Part shown: in pieces, positions 60,401 to 64,000 of the stretch
Layout of the letters: each line of letters starts with the position of its first letter
How positions within the stretch are numbered: position 1 is the first letter of the stretch
Source of the DNA: Azolla caroliniana
Taxonomy: Eukaryota > Plantae > Polypodiophyta
Assembly (NCBI GenBank): GCA_043228905.1
Contig: JBHGNT010000008.1
Span: forward strand, 11,656,001-11,720,000
DNA length: 64,000 nt
Reading direction: 5' to 3'
Notes under the pieces: model-generated
The model's input: only the letters and a program-made list of their open reading frames with translations
What the model was told of the DNA's origin: nothing
The model's database searches: none
Translations under genes and position numbers: made by a program

Positions 60401-63400
60401 TAGAGCGGACTGTTGTAGAGTGGGGAAGTGATAGTCTGAGAAGCCCTGATACCCCACAAAGGAAGAAAACTCTCGGAGCAAAACAAGTACGAATCGGTCT
60501 GGATGGGGCATCTACGTACACGGCCGTACCGAAAAGTAGAGGATAAGTTGCGGTCAGCATCAATAATAAAAGAAGAAGAAGAAATCATGGGGGTAGTCAA
60601 AGAAGTGTTCTATGGGAGCACGCTACAACGGCTTGAAGAGCTTGTGGAGGATAAAAGCCAAGGAGACCGGGTAGTCCCGGTGGAATTGGTCGAGATGTAC
60701 GAGATCATTATGAAAATGGGGCCGGATACGCTCCGTAAAGAAGAAGCAATGGTAAGTACGAAATACAAGACCGTGGAGAAGAAAGTGAAACCAGCCGCGA
60801 GACCATTACCCGCCGATAGCGAGCAAAAGAGGAAAGAAATCTTGGGAGATTCGACACTTCGAAAGTCCATGCAGATCGGACATGCCTTCACGGATGAGAC
60901 CCGGAAGAAACTTCGGATCGATGGAGGTGGTTTCCTTTTACCAAATGAAGAAGAACGATTATGTGGGATGTTAGAACAACATGGGAAAGCAATTGCATTC
61001 ACATCCAAGGAGATAGGGTGCGTTGATCTGAAGATAGTGGAGCCGATGGTGATCTTCACGATTGACCATGTGCCGTGGAACCTGAAGCCGATTCCGATGC
61101 CGCAGACGCATATTCCCAAAATCATCAACTTGCTCAAGGAGAAGGTGGCAATGGGGATTTTAGAGCCATCAAATGCTCCATACTCAAATCGATGGTTTAC
61201 GGTTCCGAAGAAGAATGGGTCACTCCGATTTATCCAAGACTTGCAACCGGTGAGCAAGGTCACAATCCGGAACTCCGGAGTCGGTCCGATAGTGGACGAA
61301 TTTGCGGAAGCATTTGCCGGTCGTGCGATATACTCCAGCGGAGACCTATACTCAGGGTATGACCAATTCCGACTAGTTGTGGAGAGCCGAGACATCACTA
61401 CCATGCGGACACCAATAGGATTAGTCTGAATGTGCACACTACCACAAGGAGCGACAAACTCAGTTGCACATATGATGAACGCGATGAAAAATGTGCTTCG
61501 AGATTGCATTCTGGAGATAACGATGCCGTTCCTAGATGAAATTCCGATGAAAGGATGCGCGGTAGAAGAAAAAGATGAAACTATGGATGATCGGGGATGC
61601 CGAAAGTTCGTAGTCGACCATATTCGTGATTGCGAGAAAGTGCTTCGAAAGTTAGAAGATGTGCACCTAACACTTTCCAGGGAGAAATCGGCATTCGGGC
61701 AAGAAGAGATATTGGTAGTCGGACATCTATGTGGACCCTACGGCCGAAGACCGTCACCAACCAAGATCGATGCGATTCAAGCTATGAAAGAAGTATGCGA
61801 GTCACAATCTAAAGTCCGAAGGTTTCTTGGAGCTTGTGCATTTTATCACATATGGATTCCACACTAAGCACATATTACGGACCCACTCTATCACTTATTG
61901 TGGAAGGGGAAGAAGTTCGAATGGAAATCGGAACACACCAAAGCCATGAAGAAGCTCAAGAAAACACTATGGAGGGCTAAAGCACTTAAGAAGCCGAGCT
62001 ACGACCGACCGATCATAGTAACGGTTGATACAAGTCCACCGGGATCGGATGGGTCATCAATCAAGCTGACTCGGATGGTTTGCTATATCCGATCCGATTC
62101 AGACAAAGGTTCTCAACGAAAGGCAACGCGGATATGCACAAGTAAACAAAGAACTATGGGGAGTCGTGTCGGCAATCAAATCGGATCGAGATGATTTCAT
62201 CGGAGCCGAAGTAGTGATCGAAATGGATGGTCTTCTGATACTCGGGATGATGCGGTGTTGCACGATACCGGATATGGCTATGCTAAGATGGATTGCATAT
62301 GTTAAGTCGCTTAAACTAGACGTGCGACACATCTCCGGAAAAGACAACGCGGTAGAGGATATGCTATCAAGGGCTTGGTTCGGAGACAACATAGCCGAAT
62401 CCGATAATGAAGAAGTTTCTAAAGACTACTTTGCTTCAGAGCACATATGCCGCCAAGTAAACGTTGTTGTGCCTTTCGGCGCCGGATCGTTGCGTGAGTC
62501 GGGTGGGAACCACTGAGGTTTTGGACTAGGAGAAAGAAGAATATGAGATGAGGCTAGTAATGAATAGATTATTAGAAAGAGAGATAGAAATTTCGTGAAT
62601 CCCACGAGTGTATTGTATTCGATTAATCAATATTTAGATAAGAATATGTATTTAGATTGAAAGAAAGATATAAGAAACTTGTGAATCCCACAAGTATAGA
62701 TTATATTATTTTCGTGAATCCCACGATTATATTAATTGGTTGGTGTTTTCGGAAATATATCCAATTTCCAAATATTTCACACACCTATTACATTGTGCTC
62801 CCCATCCTTATGTAGTGATTAGGGAGTCCATGCTTCTTCTTTTTCTAACTATAGACTCCATGGTTTTCCTATAGATAGACTATATGCTTGATCTAAAGTG
62901 ATCATGCTTTTTCTAACTTGTGCGTTTTTTATCAACTATAGCGTTCATGCACGATAGATGTGCATGCGTAGCTTTTTCTTTTAGCATGTGTTTTCTTTTA
63001 ACTAAAGTTTATCCTAGGTGAACTAAGCTTTCTATGTGGAACATCTATTTTTAAACACTAATGAAATGCTAGTGTAATGGTAAGACATTACATTATTAAC
63101 ATGGAGGTGCAAGGTTCGAATCTTGCCCTATGCATGTTATATATATTTTAATATTTTCTACTATTTATTCATATTTATTAAATCGGTACTTTATAAGTTT
63201 TTCACGTAGTGTACGAAATACAGTACGACAATGTAATCCGAGAATTCCGAGAAGAAGAATACGAGGGAGAAATCTTGATGATCGGGAAGGTGCTACAAGA
63301 GATTGAGGAATCATTGGGCGATAAAGAGAAGAGAGCTGAGATCCGAAGGAAGAAGAGGCAAGTCCAAAAGTTCTTCTTGAAAAATGGATTAATATGAAGG

Positions 63401-64000
63401 GAGCCGAAAAGACTAGACGGCATACCACTTCGGGTAGTCGGGACGAAAGAGCAACGAAACCGGATAATGTCCGAGTTTCACGAATCCAATTGGGCTGGAC
63501 ATCGAGGAACATGGGCAACTTTTGTGAAAATCAAACAAAAATATTGGTGGAAGAATATGTACAAAGATATAGCGGAGTTCACGGAAAGCTGCGAGAAGTG
63601 TCAAATCTATTCTGAACTTCGACACTGAGATGAGTTACATCCGACATTCTCACCGACAATCAACTTCAAATGGATGGTCGACATTGTAGCCATGCCAACC
63701 GGGATCAGACAAAAGAAGTACTTGGTGTTAGCTCGGGAAGATCTCACAAACCAAGTAGAAGGTCGGGCGCTACGAAGGAAAACGTGTTCTGCGGTATGCC
63801 AATTTCTTTTGGAGGAGGTGTTTTGCAGGTACAGGTGCGTAGGACAAGTGATTGCGGATCGGGGAGAACTGAACTCTGTTAAAGCTAGGGAATTCTTCAC
63901 CAAACATGGAGTTTGGTTATCACTAACAACAGTACATAATCTGGAAGCCAACGGGAAGATTGAATGAGGACATAGTCCAATCATCAAAGCACTTGCAAAA
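57468..64000 (+). mobile_element. Second tRNA-Trp-primed Ylt1-like gypsy element; runs off the window end
   Basis: LTR 57468-58337 and PBS at 58342-58358. Decayed gag-PR (58377-60403) and pol (60400-64000) are colinear with 44121-55196. Confidence 0.88.
62465..63230 (-). repeat. Solo LTR inserted in the pol of a related element
   Basis: Reverse complement of 17042-17807; TSD ACGT/ATGT. The uninterrupted homologue at 54331-54350 reads AACGTAATCCG. Confidence 0.9.

Overview
This is eukaryotic DNA, most likely from a non-seed land plant (inferred from the transposon lineages present). It is almost entirely a nest of transposable elements up to five levels deep, and no ordinary host gene is visible. 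The retroelements are two Tcn1-like chromoviruses, four Ty1/copia elements, two tRNA-Arg-primed Athila-like gypsy elements (one spans 14696-56885 with a CAACT target duplication), several tRNA-Trp-primed fungal-type (Ylt1-like) gypsy elements and solo LTRs, and a Penelope-like RT followed by a minimal hammerhead ribozyme. The standout is a 9.2-kb DNA transposon (28118-37359; perfect 36-bp TIRs, TGTT target duplication). It carries a decayed Sola-like DDD transposase and, divergently, an apparently intact six-exon gene (~974 aa) fusing a ParB-like domain to a bacterial-type beta-class amino-DNA-methyltransferase. The first intron of that gene holds eight phased 25-bp palindromes reminiscent of parS/operator sites. 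All family assignments come from motif recognition by eye; no searches were run.
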